A stretch of 64,000 bases of DNA from Armatimonadota bacterium (GCA_039811685.1 JBDHZC010000003.1:1-64000); one strand, 5' to 3'. Positions 1-10,412 are shown, numbered from the stretch's first letter. Notes: generated by a model from the sequence alone, not told the origin. Program-made: numbers and translations.

Positions 1-120
1 AACATTCACATTGGCGCGGAGCTTATCGTTCCGATTGCGATGGAGGAGGGTTTGCGCTTCGCCATCCGTGAAGGCGGTCATACCGTCGGCGCCGGAGTCA
101 TCTCGAAAATTCTGGAGTAA
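1..120 (+). CDS. tuf: Elongation factor Tu, C-terminal fragment (gene begins before window)
   Basis: Frame 1 reads ...[33 protein letters not shown], the canonical EF-Tu C-terminus; upstream of rpmG/secE/nusG. Confidence 0.97.
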   Translation, partial: NIHIGAELIVPIAMEEGLRFAIREGGHTVGAGVISKILE

Positions 121-189
121 ACGGGGCTGTGCGGGAGGTGGTAACCGACACCGCCTCCCGCAACCCGAAACTCCTCGGAGAACAATTCA

Positions 190-351
190 TTGGCAACAGA
201 TGTCAGAGTCGTTGTGACTATGGCTTGCACCGAGTGCAAGTCTAGAAACTATGCGACCAGCAAGAACAGAAGAAAAACGACGGAGCGCCTGGAACTGAAG
301 AAGTACTGTCCGCGCTGCCGTACCCATCAGCTTCACCGCGAGGCAAAATAA
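190..351 (+). CDS. rpmG: 50S ribosomal protein L33 (zinc-binding C+ type)
   Basis: Manual translation from [56 protein letters not shown]; two CxxC motifs; GGAG SD upstream; too short for ORF track. Confidence 0.96.
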   Translation: MATDVRVVVTMACTECKSRNYATSKNRRKTTERLELKKYCPRCRTHQLHREAK

Positions 352-401
352 CGGTGGTGCGCCGGGTTGTGGAACACTGTTTTCACCCTGGCGCGCGGCG
401 T

Positions 402-477
402 AGGCCCTTAGCTCAGCTGGTAGAGCGCTGGTCTCCAAAACCAGATGTCGTCGGTTCGAATCCGGCAGGGCCTGCCA
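402..477 (+). tRNA. tRNA-Trp (CCA)
   Basis: 76 nt cloverleaf: AGGCCCT acceptor stem, D-arm GCTCAGCTGGTAGAGC, anticodon loop CTCCAAA, T-loop GTTCGAATC, encoded 3' CCA; usual position before secE. Confidence 0.97.
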
Positions 478-601
478 TTTTACATGGAGAATCCGCAACT
501 GGAAAGCCGGGCCTTTTCGCTGAGGATGCCTGATTTCCAGTAATGACTTCACACTATTAGTCCTTCACCCTGAGGTGGAGGTATTCAGGACGAATGAAGA
601 T

Positions 602-889
602 ATGGCATCGACGGTAACGAAAGCAAGCGGTGGCAAGAACCCGGCTGGCGGTGGTGGAGGTAAGACGCCGTCCGCTAAGGGGCGACAGCCGTCGATCATC
701 CAGCAGACTCTGACGTACTTCAAGGAATCCTGGGCTGAAACCAAGCGCGCGACCTGGCCAAGCTGGCTGCAGATCCGGCAGTTGACGATTGCCACCCTGG
801 CAGTCATCATCTTTGTCGCGGTCTACTTGTACGTATGGGACGTGGTCCTGTCTCGAATCAGCATCTACCTTTTCCGGCTTGGACGGTGA
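602..889 (+). CDS. secE: Preprotein translocase subunit SecE
   Basis: YFKESWAETKRATWPS motif plus one TM helix; between tRNA-Trp and nusG; start could be 575 or 602. Confidence 0.93.
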   Translation: MASTVTKASGGKNPAGGGGGKTPSAKGRQPSIIQQTLTYFKESWAETKRATWPSWLQIRQLTIATLAVIIFVAVYLYVWDVVLSRISIYLFRLGR

Positions 890-939
890 CCAGAGTCCGT
901 TTCATGGCCGGTCGGATTGAGAGACTAACACTTTAATTT

Positions 940-1467
940 ATGGAAAAGCACTGGTACGCAGTCCATACCTACTCCGGACACGAAAACAAAGTCAAGACTA
1001 ACATTGAGCGCCGCGCCGACTCCATGGCTCTCAAGGACAAGATCATGCGCATCGTTGTCCCGACTGAAGCCGAGTTGCGTACGCGCGCAGGCAAGCGCAC
1101 CGAAGTCCAGCGCAAAATATTCCCCGGCTACGTGCTGATTGAGATGATTCTGGACGACTCCACGTGGCATCTGGTCAAGAGCACGACCGGGGTCACAGGC
1201 TTTGTCACGTCCGGCAACAAGCCCATTCCGCTGCAGGAGAAGGAAGTGCAGGGGATTCTCGAAGCGGTTGAGGGTCCCAAGAAGCCGCCGAAGGTGCGGT
1301 GGAATGTCGGTGACGTTGTGCGCGTGATTAGCGGACCTTTTGCCGAGTTTACCGGGAAGATAGAAGACGTCAACGCCCAGAAAGAAACCCTGAAAGTATT
1401 GATCTCCATATTTGGCCGCGATACGCCGGTCGAGTTGGAGTTTGGACAGGTCGAGCGTTTCGAGTAG
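940..1467 (+). CDS. nusG: Transcription termination/antitermination factor NusG
   Basis: WYAVHTYSGHE, FPGYVLIEM, KOW domain GPFAEFTG...FGRDTPVELEF. Confidence 0.98.
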   Translation: MEKHWYAVHTYSGHENKVKTNIERRADSMALKDKIMRIVVPTEAELRTRAGKRTEVQRKIFPGYVLIEMILDDSTWHLVKSTTGVTGFVTSGNKPIPLQEKEVQGILEAVEGPKKPPKVRWNVGDVVRVISGPFAEFTGKIEDVNAQKETLKVLISIFGRDTPVELEFGQVERFE

Positions 1468-1553
1468 AATCTTTCGAGACGCTGGAACACACCACGCTGT
1501 GACGCACTACTGTCACACTGTGGGAGACTGATAGTTAGTCGAAAGGAGCCAGA

Positions 1554-1979
1554 ATGGCTAAAAAAGTCCTCGGGATCGTCAAGCTCCAGATCCCAGCGGG
1601 AAAAGCAACGCCCGCGCCGCCTGTCGGCCCGGCCCTGGGCCAGTACGGGATCAACATGATGGAGTTTATCAAGAGCTACAACGAAAAGACAGCGCCCCAG
1701 ATGGGCACTATCGTCCCCGTTGAAATCACTGTATTTGAAGATCGCTCCTTCACCTATATTCTCAAGACTCCGCCGGCGGCAGAGCTTCTCAAGAAAGCTG
1801 CTGGTGTGGATGCGGCTTCAGGCACGCCAAACCGCGTGAAAGTTGGCAAGATCACGCGCGCTCAGCTTGAGGAGATTGCGCGGACCAAAATGGCGGACCT
1901 GAATGCCATTGACATTGAAGGCGCGATGAAGGTGATTGCCGGAACCGCACGCTCGGCTGGCATCGAGATTGAGGGTTAA
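1554..1979 (+). CDS. rplK: 50S ribosomal protein L11
   Basis: [21 protein letters not shown] motif. Confidence 0.99.
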   Translation: MAKKVLGIVKLQIPAGKATPAPPVGPALGQYGINMMEFIKSYNEKTAPQMGTIVPVEITVFEDRSFTYILKTPPAAELLKKAAGVDAASGTPNRVKVGKITRAQLEEIARTKMADLNAIDIEGAMKVIAGTARSAGIEIEG

Positions 1980-1990
1980 GGGAGAGAGCG

Positions 1991-2707
1991 ATGCCCAAGC
2001 ATAGTGAGAGATATCAGAACGCTTTGAAGAGCGCAGGGGTCGGCAAAGACCAGCCCCTCGAGCCTGCCGCCGCTATCGCTGCCGCCAAGGCTTCCAGCAG
2101 CGCCAAGTTTGACGAGACCATAGACGTGGCGGTCAATCTCGGTGTAGATCCGCGCCATGGTGACCAGATGGTTCGCGGAACCACGACGCTGCCCGCCGGA
2201 ACGGGCAAGAAGCGCACAGTTATTGTTTTTGCCAAGGGTGAGCACGCGAAGGATGCCGAAGACGCGGGCGCTGACGAGGTCGGCGCCGAGGATCTGGTTG
2301 CCAAAATTCAGGGCGGATGGCGAGACTTTGACGTCGCAGTCGCCACACCCGATGTCATGGGCATTGTGACCCGGCTGGGCCGGCTGTTGGGGCCGCGAAT
2401 GCCCAACCAGAAAGCAGGAACCGTGACCACGGATGTCTCGCGTGTGGTAAATGACATCAAGAAGGCCACCCGCGTAGAGTTCCGCGTAGAGAAGGCGGGG
2501 ATCGTCCATTCCGCTATTGGCAAGGCGTCATTTTCGGATGAAGACCTGGTAACCAACTTCAATGCGCTTATTGGCGCGTTGGTACGAGCTAAGCCTGCGG
2601 CCGCCAAGGGGCGCTATCTGAAAAAGATAACTGTTTCCACGACAATGGGGCCGGGTTTTCAGGTAGATACGCAGCGCGCTGCAGCGGTTGCCGAGCGCCA
2701 CGGTTAG
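1991..2707 (+). CDS. rplA: 50S ribosomal protein L1
   Basis: [40 protein letters not shown]. Confidence 0.99.
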   Translation: MPKHSERYQNALKSAGVGKDQPLEPAAAIAAAKASSSAKFDETIDVAVNLGVDPRHGDQMVRGTTTLPAGTGKKRTVIVFAKGEHAKDAEDAGADEVGAEDLVAKIQGGWRDFDVAVATPDVMGIVTRLGRLLGPRMPNQKAGTVTTDVSRVVNDIKKATRVEFRVEKAGIVHSAIGKASFSDEDLVTNFNALIGALVRAKPAAAKGRYLKKITVSTTMGPGFQVDTQRAAAVAERHG

Positions 2708-2798
2708 CTTCCATTTTCGCCCTTCCAGACAGCCTTAGCGCTGGAAGGCCCGGGTGAGCTGCGGATGCGCCCACCGTTACAATTTGTCATGCAAAAAA

Positions 2799-2986
2799 GC
2801 TGAAGACAGCAGGTGTCCTGCGCTATGCGCATGGACTTAATCGGGATTTGTCCCTGCCCGCCGAGGCGTTACTCGCAACAGCGATAGTTGTTGTCCCCGC
2901 AAAGGGACGCTCCTGCCTGCTGTGCGCAATCTACGCCTCGGTAGAAGTTCTGGGCAATCAGAAGCTTCTAATCCGGGGCTTTTTTG
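2799..2986 (+). promoter_or_regulatory. Ribosomal protein L10 leader (autoregulatory RNA)
   Basis: GAAGACAGCAGG...TTAA...CCTGCCCGCCGAGGCG...CGCCTCGG pairing pattern, then hairpin and U-tract just upstream of rplJ; TACAAT -10 near 2778. Confidence 0.8.
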
Positions 2987-3027
2987 TGTGCAGCCAACAG
3001 GCAGGAGAGGAGGTGATAGAGACAGTT

Positions 3028-3546
3028 ATGGCTACACCAAAAAAAGAACAGGCAGTCGCCGAGTTGACTGCGCTGGTGCAGGAGTCTTCGTCTGTCGTGC
3101 TTGCGGACTACCGCGGGCTCACGATGAAGGACTTCAACGAGCTGCGCGCCAGACTCCGGCCGGAGCAAGTCGAGTTTCACGTTGTGAAGAATACTTTGCT
3201 TCGCAGAGCGAGCTCCGGAACAGCGCTTTCCGAATTGGCAGAGGCTCTTGAAGGCCCGACGGCGATAGCGGTAAGTCTTGGCGACTCAGTCGCCGGACCG
3301 CGGTTGCTGAATCAGTACATTCGAGACAGCCGCAGTCCGATGACGATCAAGAGCGGCGTTGTGGACGGCACGGCCTACGATGGAGGGGCGATTGAGCAAA
3401 TTGCCAAGCTGCCACCGCGCGACCAGATGATCGCCCAGGTGCTCGGAGGCTTACAGGCGCCCATAGCTAACCTGGCGGGCACGCTGCAGACCATGCTCGG
3501 GAGTTTGGTCTGGACACTGACGGGCATTGCCGAGCAGAAGGCATAG
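3028..3546 (+). CDS. rplJ: 50S ribosomal protein L10
   Basis: [23 protein letters not shown] motifs; ATG 3028 after GGAGGTG SD; the ORF-track start at 2848 lies within the leader. Confidence 0.97.
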   Translation: MATPKKEQAVAELTALVQESSSVVLADYRGLTMKDFNELRARLRPEQVEFHVVKNTLLRRASSGTALSELAEALEGPTAIAVSLGDSVAGPRLLNQYIRDSRSPMTIKSGVVDGTAYDGGAIEQIAKLPPRDQMIAQVLGGLQAPIANLAGTLQTMLGSLVWTLTGIAEQKA

Positions 3547-3608
3547 AGCCCTCGCAAAGCAGGACACTAGAGTTCACGATTTCGAGTTTACAAAGGACAC
3601 ATAGAAAA

Positions 3609-3989
3609 ATGGCAAACGTTGCTGAGTTGGTTGAAACAGTCAAGCAGATGACAGTCATTGAGCTCAATGACTTCGTCAAAGCCCTTCAGGAGGAGTTTGG
3701 CGTGTCGGCGATGCCGGTCGCCGCTGCTGCCCCGGCAGCCGCCGGCGGTGACGGCGCGGCCGCCGCAGCCGAGGAGAAGACCTCTTTCGACGCAGTTCTG
3801 ACCGCTATTGGTGACAAGAAGATTCAGGTCATCAAGGTCGTTCGAGAGATCACCGGTCTGGGTCTGAAAGAGGCCAAGGATCTGGTCGAAGGGGCTCCGC
3901 AGCCGATCAAAGAGGGCATCGGCGAGGACGAAGCCAAGCAGATCAAAGAGAAAGTGGAGGCCGAAGGCGCCACTGTCGAGATCAAGTAA
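3609..3989 (+). CDS. rplL: 50S ribosomal protein L7/L12
   Basis: EEFGVSA hinge, [25 protein letters not shown]. Confidence 0.99.
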   Translation: MANVAELVETVKQMTVIELNDFVKALQEEFGVSAMPVAAAAPAAAGGDGAAAAAEEKTSFDAVLTAIGDKKIQVIKVVREITGLGLKEAKDLVEGAPQPIKEGIGEDEAKQIKEKVEAEGATVEIK

Positions 3990-4015
3990 GACGGCTCACA
4001 TTCCAGGATGTGAGG

Positions 4016-4055
4016 AACGGCGGGGGGGGGGTGGCGTGTGCCCCCGCCGTTTTTT
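4016..4055 (+). terminator. Intrinsic terminator after rplL
   Basis: AACGGCGGGGG...CCCCCGCCGTT stem followed by T-run. Confidence 0.8.
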
Positions 4056-4246
4056 GCCTTCTCAGAGCGAAGCTTTTCCTGGGGATGCAGGAATGTCTTG
4101 TTTCCAAGACGGGAAAACTGAACTCAGCGAAGCAGGCGTGGCGCTTTGAAGCGTCCAATAGCTCTGTAGTGATCTGAGCTACACATAGAAACGCGTTACT
4201 GCGGCTTTTTCGGCGATCAGCCGGCACACGCACGAGGAATGAACTG

Positions 4247-5032
4247 ATGAAAGAAAAACTGATTACAATGCAGCGCGCCACGATGGCCGCAGCGGCCCTG
4301 GCCGTTATCCTGGCATCTACGGCGTGCAGGGCAACCGCGGCGAGTATGTCGAACGGCGAAATAGAGAAGGCCATGAAAGCCGCAAAGCAGATGAAGCCCA
4401 TCCCTCCGCCGGATGTCCCGGGCGCTATAGTGCTTTTTTCTGGGAAGGCTTCGGAGCTGGCGAGCAACTGGGAGATCGTCGGCACGGATAAACCCGCGCC
4501 ATGGAAGATCGAAGGCGACGCCATGACTGTGGCCGGCGCCAATATCCAGACCCGCGCGAAGTTCAAGGACTGCCAGCTCCACGTGGAGTTCCGTACGCCT
4601 TTTATGCCAGATGCACACGGGCAGGGCAGGGGCAACAGTGGCATTGGCCTTCAGCAGCGCTATGAGATTCAGGTGCTGGACAGCTTTGGGTTGGATTCTG
4701 TCGGCAAAGGTGACTGCGGAGCTGTGTACAACGTGAGCGCCCCGCTGATCAACATGGCGCGCCCGCCGCGCGTGTGGCAGTTCTACGACATTTTCTTCCG
4801 CGCGCCGCGCTTTGACGCGGACGGGAAACAAACGGAGAGCGCCAGGGTGACGGTGCTCTGGAACGGTGTCCTTGTTCAAAACAATGTTGAGATACCGGTG
4901 GGAACGGGTATTGGTCCGAGTGAGCCGACCCGCGATCCCGCGCAGATTATTCTCCAGGATCATGGAACCCCTGTGCAGTACCGCAATATCTGGATCGTGC
5001 CTGTTCCAGAGCACGGCGCCGAGCGCTACTAA
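4247..5032 (+). CDS. Secreted DUF1080 family protein (3-keto-disaccharide hydrolase-like)
   Basis: Signal peptide; GRGNSG, YEIQVLDS, WQFYDI, LQDHG.PV.YRNIW motifs. Confidence 0.9.
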   Translation: MKEKLITMQRATMAAAALAVILASTACRATAASMSNGEIEKAMKAAKQMKPIPPPDVPGAIVLFSGKASELASNWEIVGTDKPAPWKIEGDAMTVAGANIQTRAKFKDCQLHVEFRTPFMPDAHGQGRGNSGIGLQQRYEIQVLDSFGLDSVGKGDCGAVYNVSAPLINMARPPRVWQFYDIFFRAPRFDADGKQTESARVTVLWNGVLVQNNVEIPVGTGIGPSEPTRDPAQIILQDHGTPVQYRNIWIVPVPEHGAERY

Positions 5033-5054
5033 AGAAACCCGGGCGTTCTCCTGC

Positions 5055-6377
5055 TCAGCCGGGAGAGCGCCCATTTGGTTTCCAGATGAGTACTCGAACT
5101 GGCTGAGGGGCGACGTCTTCGAGCTTTTCACCATCTCCCTGCCCGACGCGCTGCACAAAGATGTGAAGTTCTCCTGTTCTGTGCCACCGTTCTACATCGT
5201 AGTTGGGCTCCCACAGACCGACGCTGTCATCAGCGAGATCAAAGAACCGCCACCTGGCGTGGGCTGGGTCCTCTGATAGAGCGACTGAAACGCGGTTTCT
5301 TCTCAGTTCATCACGAAACAACATATAAACTCGCCCCTGTTTATCGGCTGCCAGCTTGGGCCTTGAGATTGGGACGCGCTTTGTTCCGAGTCCACTCAGT
5401 CTGAAGTCCTGATCTCTGTCCGTGATTCGGCTCATCCGCCATCCTTTGCCGTCAAACCAGACCAGGCGATACTGCGGACAGGGGGAGTCTGCCTCGCGCC
5501 AGTAGCCCGCCATCATCGGGTGGCCGGCCGTGTCCAGACAGGTTGTGGTTGTATTGATAAGATCACGTCCCTGAGGAATGCGGCGGATAACCTCGGCCGT
5601 GTCCTGTGTGATGGGGAGAGTGTAGATTGTCCCGTCAGAGCGCGTCCACGTTTTCCCGGTATCGCAGGAGCGTGCGTAGCAGATGTCGTGGTTGGTAGCG
5701 GCGTCACCAGTTTCGCGCCAGCACCATGTGATATGCAAGCTGCCGTCAGATCCCACCGCTATCTGATTGGTGTAGGCGTTGCGCTGCGCCTGACCGCTGA
5801 TAAAAGGGTGGTGGACGATACTCCACGTCCGGCGGCGATGATCCCAGCGATTCAGCATCACATCTCCGTTTCCGGAGCTGCCGCTTCGGTACATCATCAA
5901 TAGATCGCCGTCTGGCAGAGTGAAAAACTCCGGATATGTCACGTGAGTCTCATCAACTCCGGTCATCGGCATTTGCTCTGTGAGCTCTAGAGAATCCGGG
6001 GCCTTGCCCTGCGCGTAATGGAGCGGCCCTCCGTGATGATCCCAGGCGATATGCACGAGTCCGCTGCCGTCCACTCCGATCGAGATACCGTTGTGTGCAT
6101 CGCGCACATTGCCTGTGTACTGAGTCCTCAAAATCTGCCACTTGCCGCTGGGCATCCTGCGCCTGGCCAGGACGACGCGCCCATCCTGATCGTAATAGCT
6201 GACGTACTGAAGATGGCCGTGGCTGCACAGCGCGCTCTGGCGAAAGATTGAGGTATTGATGGAGTTGCGCGCCCATCCGTCTCCCACATTCAGTGTGCGC
6301 GTCTGTATGTGCGCCGCGGCGGGCAGGGTACATACGGCACATAACACGAGACTTTTCAAAACACCCGAGATGTTCAA
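5055..6377 (-). CDS. Secreted BNR-4 repeat (sialidase-like beta-propeller) protein
   Basis: Signal peptide; DAHNGISIGVD, TYPEF, YRSGSSGNG, Asp-box SCDTGKTW. Confidence 0.85.
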   Translation of the reverse strand: MNISGVLKSLVLCAVCTLPAAAHIQTRTLNVGDGWARNSINTSIFRQSALCSHGHLQYVSYYDQDGRVVLARRRMPSGKWQILRTQYTGNVRDAHNGISIGVDGSGLVHIAWDHHGGPLHYAQGKAPDSLELTEQMPMTGVDETHVTYPEFFTLPDGDLLMMYRSGSSGNGDVMLNRWDHRRRTWSIVHHPFISGQAQRNAYTNQIAVGSDGSLHITWCWRETGDAATNHDICYARSCDTGKTWTRSDGTIYTLPITQDTAEVIRRIPQGRDLINTTTTCLDTAGHPMMAGYWREADSPCPQYRLVWFDGKGWRMSRITDRDQDFRLSGLGTKRVPISRPKLAADKQGRVYMLFRDELRRNRVSVALSEDPAHARWRFFDLADDSVGLWEPNYDVERWHRTGELHIFVQRVGQGDGEKLEDVAPQPVRVLIWKPNGRSPG

Positions 6378-6775
6378 AATGCGCCTCCCTTCTTTGACGG
6401 AGTTTCCGCATTGGTACGCGCCGAACCTGCGTTAGGCGGGCATACCAGCGTTGAGGAGTCAGGCGTACAAACAGGAGGCCCATCGCTTTCGCGATGGGCC
6501 CAGGAGAAAGGAGGATGGGAAGCTATCTATCTGTTCATACGCGCCAATGCGCCGATTTGTTCCAAGTCCCTGCGAAAACCCGCGCAAATTGTCTCCAGAT
6601 AACGCCGGCCTTCGGCATTTGCAGATCCTGCGGCGATCCTCCTGGCACCTGACTCTTCGGGAATGAGTCTATCCGGGGTTTTGGTCGCTTTTGGCGAGCT
6701 TGACTCTCACAGACTGTTGTGGGATAGTGGAAAGTAATGACAAGTCCAAAGACCGTTATATAAGTAAGGTTGTCT

Positions 6776-9499
6776 ATGATAGTATTGCGTTCAACTGGCC
6801 ATCGTTTGCTCACCATCACCCTCACCGTTCTTGTGCTGCTTGTTCTATTGTGTCTGAGGAGCTTCGCTTTGACCGATCCGGAATATATCTATGCCATCCA
6901 CGATCCCGGCGGTGAATCTCATATGATCTCCGCAAAGGGCTGGATTGTTTTTACCGAAGCCATCGGCGCAAATCCGTCAGATCAGTCTGCCGGAAACTAC
7001 AGCTACTGGGCCAATCAGGGCTACGGGATCATCGTGCGGCTTAATAACGGCTATGGTTCGTCCGGAACCCTGCCGCCAGAGTCTCAGTACGCCAATTTTG
7101 CGGCAAGATGCGCCAACTTCATCAAGAACTCGTCTGGCTGTAGATACTGGATCATAGGCAACGAGACGAACCTGCCGCGTGAATGGCCTGGAAACGTCAA
7201 CGACAACCCGAACACAGGAGAGCCTATCACGTCCGCGCGTTACGTAAGTTGCTACAATCAGGTTTACTCCGCAGTCAAAGCCGTCGCGCCGGGCGCGCAG
7301 TTGATGCCCTCACCATCGGGCACATGGGCGCCTCCCTATCCAGGTCAGGGAATCCCTGGCTTCCTTGACTACTGGTTGAATATTCTCAATGGCATTGGCG
7401 CCAGCAAGGTGGACGCACTGGCTCTGCATGCCTATACACACGGATGCGACCCGGCGCTGGTCTTTAGCGACTCCAAAATGGGGCCTCCGTATCAGACTAT
7501 CTACTACAACTTCCGCGTCTATCGTAACTATCTGCAGGCGCTACCTCCCGCGTTCAGGAGTAAGCCAGCCTTCATCACTGAGTGTGACCAGAATTTCGAA
7601 TGTGCGGACAACAGTAACCCGAAGCGCACTTGGGCGAATGTCAATAGCGGGTGGGTGCGCAATATTTACTCTGAAATCAACACATGGAATCAGAGCAACA
7701 GCCAGAAGGTGCGCTGTGTGGCGCTTTTCCGCTGGCCGATGGAAGCTGAGGGGCAGTTCACTTTTGGAATCTCGGCGCTGGGCAATGTCATACAGGATTT
7801 TCAGCAGGCAGTAGCTTTCAAGTATCGCTGGGCGCCCGACGCCATGACCAACACCACACCAGGCGGCGTCAATCTCAGCCTGCAAGCGACGCAGATTCAC
7901 ACTGATTCTGACTTCAATGCTGAACAGGCCGGTTTGAAGGCCATTGATGGAGTTGTGTCCGTCGCCAGCAAATGGACCAGCGCCGGGACTTCTCCTCCAC
8001 ACTGGCTGGTGCTGGATCTGGGCGCTATGAAAACAGTCAACGGCTTCATTATCCGCCACGCCGGTGCGGCAGGAGAGCCTGCGTACTATAACACAGAGAG
8101 CTTCAGCATTCAGTCCGCTTCCAGCATTGACGGGCCCTGGCAGGATGAAGTCATCATAGACAACAGTGTTCAGGAAGCTGTAACAGCGCGCACGTACCTC
8201 ACTCCCAAGCAGCTTCGCTATGTGCGCCTTTACATTACTGATGCAGGCATCGACAACTATGCCCGTATCCCGGAGTTTGAAGTGCGTGGCGAAAGTCCGC
8301 CGGTCCTGTCTCGCTCTCCTGCGGCTACAACAGCATCGGTGACGCAAGGCTCAAGTCCTCCGTCTCAGACGATGACCGTTCGCAACATCGGAGGAGGGAC
8401 GCTCGACTACACGATAACGAGCAATAGAAGCTGGCTGGGCGTTTCTCCGGCGTCAGGCGCGAGCAGTGGGAATACAAACACGCATACGATCACTTTTTCT
8501 ACAGCGAGTCTGAGCCCCACGACGTACTTCGGTTCGCTGACCGTTACTGACACCTCAGGGCAGAATCCGGCCCAGGTTTTCAGCGTGACTCTGACGGTTA
8601 CCCCCGGGCCTCCGACTGTATCCATTGGTCAGCCGTCCCGGCCTTTTGCCTCTTTCGGCCCTGTCACATACTCCGTCAACTACACGAATGCAACGTCTGT
8701 CAGCCTATCGAACTCCGATGTCACGCTCAATCGGACCGGAGACGCAAATGGCCTTGTCAGCGTATCCGGTTCGGGCAACCTCTCCCGCCTTGTTTCTATC
8801 AACAGTATCACCGGTGATGGAACCCTTGGCATCTCTCTTGCTGCCGGGACCGCCTCCTCTTCGGGCGGCCAGGCGCCGGCCGCGGGCCCCAGCCAGACAT
8901 TTGAGGTGTTCAACACCGTGGCCGCGATAAGTCCCGGACAGGCCAAACTGTTGCCGGACGACTCATCCGTCAAGCTCGCGGGCGTGCCCGTCTCGCTCCT
9001 GACCACTCAGAGTTTTTATGTAGAGGATTCTCAAAGATCCTCAGGACTTCAGATTCAGCCGGTCTCCGCAGTGGACAATCTTGTTGAAGGCGCGTTGGTG
9101 AGTGTCATCGGCAAGATGACCACGGACGCTTCTGGTGAGCGCGCGCTTGCGGGAGAGGTCACGCTGCAAGGAGGCTCCTCCAGTCTCAATCCCTTTCGTA
9201 TGAGCAACCGGCAGCTTGGCGGGGAAGACTGGATGACGAGCGCAGGTCCTACCCGTGGGCAGGCCGGGGTTCTCAGTCCTTACGGCATGAACAACATCGG
9301 GTTGCTGGTTACTGTCTGGGGAACGGTGATAAGCGCAGGTAACGGCGAGTTTGTCCTGGACGATGGAAGCGGATCGCCCGTGCGTTGCATCCTTGCGCCC
9401 GGTGACCCGGCACCCTCCGTCGGCGCTTTCGAGTTCGCGACAGGCATAAGCTCACGAGGCGCAGATTCACAAAGGCTCGTTAAGCTGCGCAAACGCTGA
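6776..9499 (+). CDS. Large secreted multidomain protein: putative clan GH-A TIM barrel, F5/8 type C (discoidin) domain, BACON/Ig-like domains and C-terminal OB-like module
   Basis: Signal peptide; WIIGNETN and FITEC acid/base and nucleophile-like motifs; AIDG...W...HWLVLDLG...RYVRLYI discoidin; WLGVSP BACON-like; GMNNIGLLVTVWGTV...LDDGSG C-terminus. Confidence 0.8.
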   Translation: MIVLRSTGHRLLTITLTVLVLLVLLCLRSFALTDPEYIYAIHDPGGESHMISAKGWIVFTEAIGANPSDQSAGNYSYWANQGYGIIVRLNNGYGSSGTLPPESQYANFAARCANFIKNSSGCRYWIIGNETNLPREWPGNVNDNPNTGEPITSARYVSCYNQVYSAVKAVAPGAQLMPSPSGTWAPPYPGQGIPGFLDYWLNILNGIGASKVDALALHAYTHGCDPALVFSDSKMGPPYQTIYYNFRVYRNYLQALPPAFRSKPAFITECDQNFECADNSNPKRTWANVNSGWVRNIYSEINTWNQSNSQKVRCVALFRWPMEAEGQFTFGISALGNVIQDFQQAVAFKYRWAPDAMTNTTPGGVNLSLQATQIHTDSDFNAEQAGLKAIDGVVSVASKWTSAGTSPPHWLVLDLGAMKTVNGFIIRHAGAAGEPAYYNTESFSIQSASSIDGPWQDEVIIDNSVQEAVTARTYLTPKQLRYVRLYITDAGIDNYARIPEFEVRGESPPVLSRSPAATTASVTQGSSPPSQTMTVRNIGGGTLDYTITSNRSWLGVSPASGASSGNTNTHTITFSTASLSPTTYFGSLTVTDTSGQNPAQVFSVTLTVTPGPPTVSIGQPSRPFASFGPVTYSVNYTNATSVSLSNSDVTLNRTGDANGLVSVSGSGNLSRLVSINSITGDGTLGISLAAGTASSSGGQAPAAGPSQTFEVFNTVAAISPGQAKLLPDDSSVKLAGVPVSLLTTQSFYVEDSQRSSGLQIQPVSAVDNLVEGALVSVIGKMTTDASGERALAGEVTLQGGSSSLNPFRMSNRQLGGEDWMTSAGPTRGQAGVLSPYGMNNIGLLVTVWGTVISAGNGEFVLDDGSGSPVRCILAPGDPAPSVGAFEFATGISSRGADSQRLVKLRKR

Positions 9500-9503
9500 A
9501 GAG

Positions 9504-10412
9504 TTAGTTTACGACATAAACAGGCGTTCCAACCGGCGCGTCTTTGTAAAACACCTTTGCATCCGCGAGATGCAGCCTGACACACCCATGAGAATCGGCA
9601 CGTCCCAGCTTGCGATACAGATTGCTGTACGTCGCGTGGATACCGTAGCGGCCGTCTGAAGTGATGGCATTCCAGTATCGCATATCCACGTCGTACTTGC
9701 GCGAGTATGCGCTTAGCGACTTGTTGCGGATGTGGGTTGTCATACTCGGTGTCGGGCCTCCTCCGTCTGAATGGGTGCGCCCAGTTGAAACCAGAAACGC
9801 TCGCGCGACCCGTCCATCCTTGACGCGGTAGAGACGTTGGTCGGTCTTGCTGACCACAACCCCTTCTGACAAGTCTTTTGGGACACCTTTGGGAACAAAG
9901 CTGATAGAGCGCATCTTTTTGACCGCAACTTTCCCCTGGGCGTCAAAGCCCTTTGCGATCAGTTCTAAACTCGCTGAGTCAAACCATGAAACAGTGTAGC
10001 TCATCGTAAGGCTGCGTACGCCAGTGTCCGCCTCCAGCTTAAGCGGTTGAGGTTTGCTGATGACCTCCACAAACTCACCGCGTGAGCGGCCTCCAACCGG
10101 TGTGCGTTTGCCGCGGATATACAGCGAGACACTGGCCAGGTTCTCCGTGGATTCAAAGTGAATTTGCGTCTCCTGACCCTGTCTCCAGCTATCGGCGCTC
10201 TGCAGATTTGTGAACTGGGCGGGTTCTGCCGGTGTCATCTGCTGCTGTGTTGTTTCCGATGGGAGCAGGCCATTCTCACCGTCCGGCTGTGGCGCTGGTT
10301 TCATGGCGACAGGCGCAGTGGAGCGGTAGTCTGTTGTCTGGACTCTGGCGATTTTGATGCTGGCCGGAACAAGCACCAGAATAGCGGCGGCTGCAAGGAC
10401 TACGGGCTTCAT
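9504..10412 (-). CDS. L,D-transpeptidase (YkuD family) with N-terminal anchor and Ig-like domain
   Basis: VSTG...PTP, YGIHAT...LGRADSHGCVRL catalytic motif. Confidence 0.9.
   Translation of the reverse strand: MKPVVLAAAAILVLVPASIKIARVQTTDYRSTAPVAMKPAPQPDGENGLLPSETTQQQMTPAEPAQFTNLQSADSWRQGQETQIHFESTENLASVSLYIRGKRTPVGGRSRGEFVEVISKPQPLKLEADTGVRSLTMSYTVSWFDSASLELIAKGFDAQGKVAVKKMRSISFVPKGVPKDLSEGVVVSKTDQRLYRVKDGRVARAFLVSTGRTHSDGGGPTPSMTTHIRNKSLSAYSRKYDVDMRYWNAITSDGRYGIHATYSNLYRKLGRADSHGCVRLHLADAKVFYKDAPVGTPVYVVN

Noticed and set aside
2848..3027. N-terminal extension of RplJ in the ORF track
   Set aside because: It overlaps the L10 leader, and a strong SD supports ATG 3028
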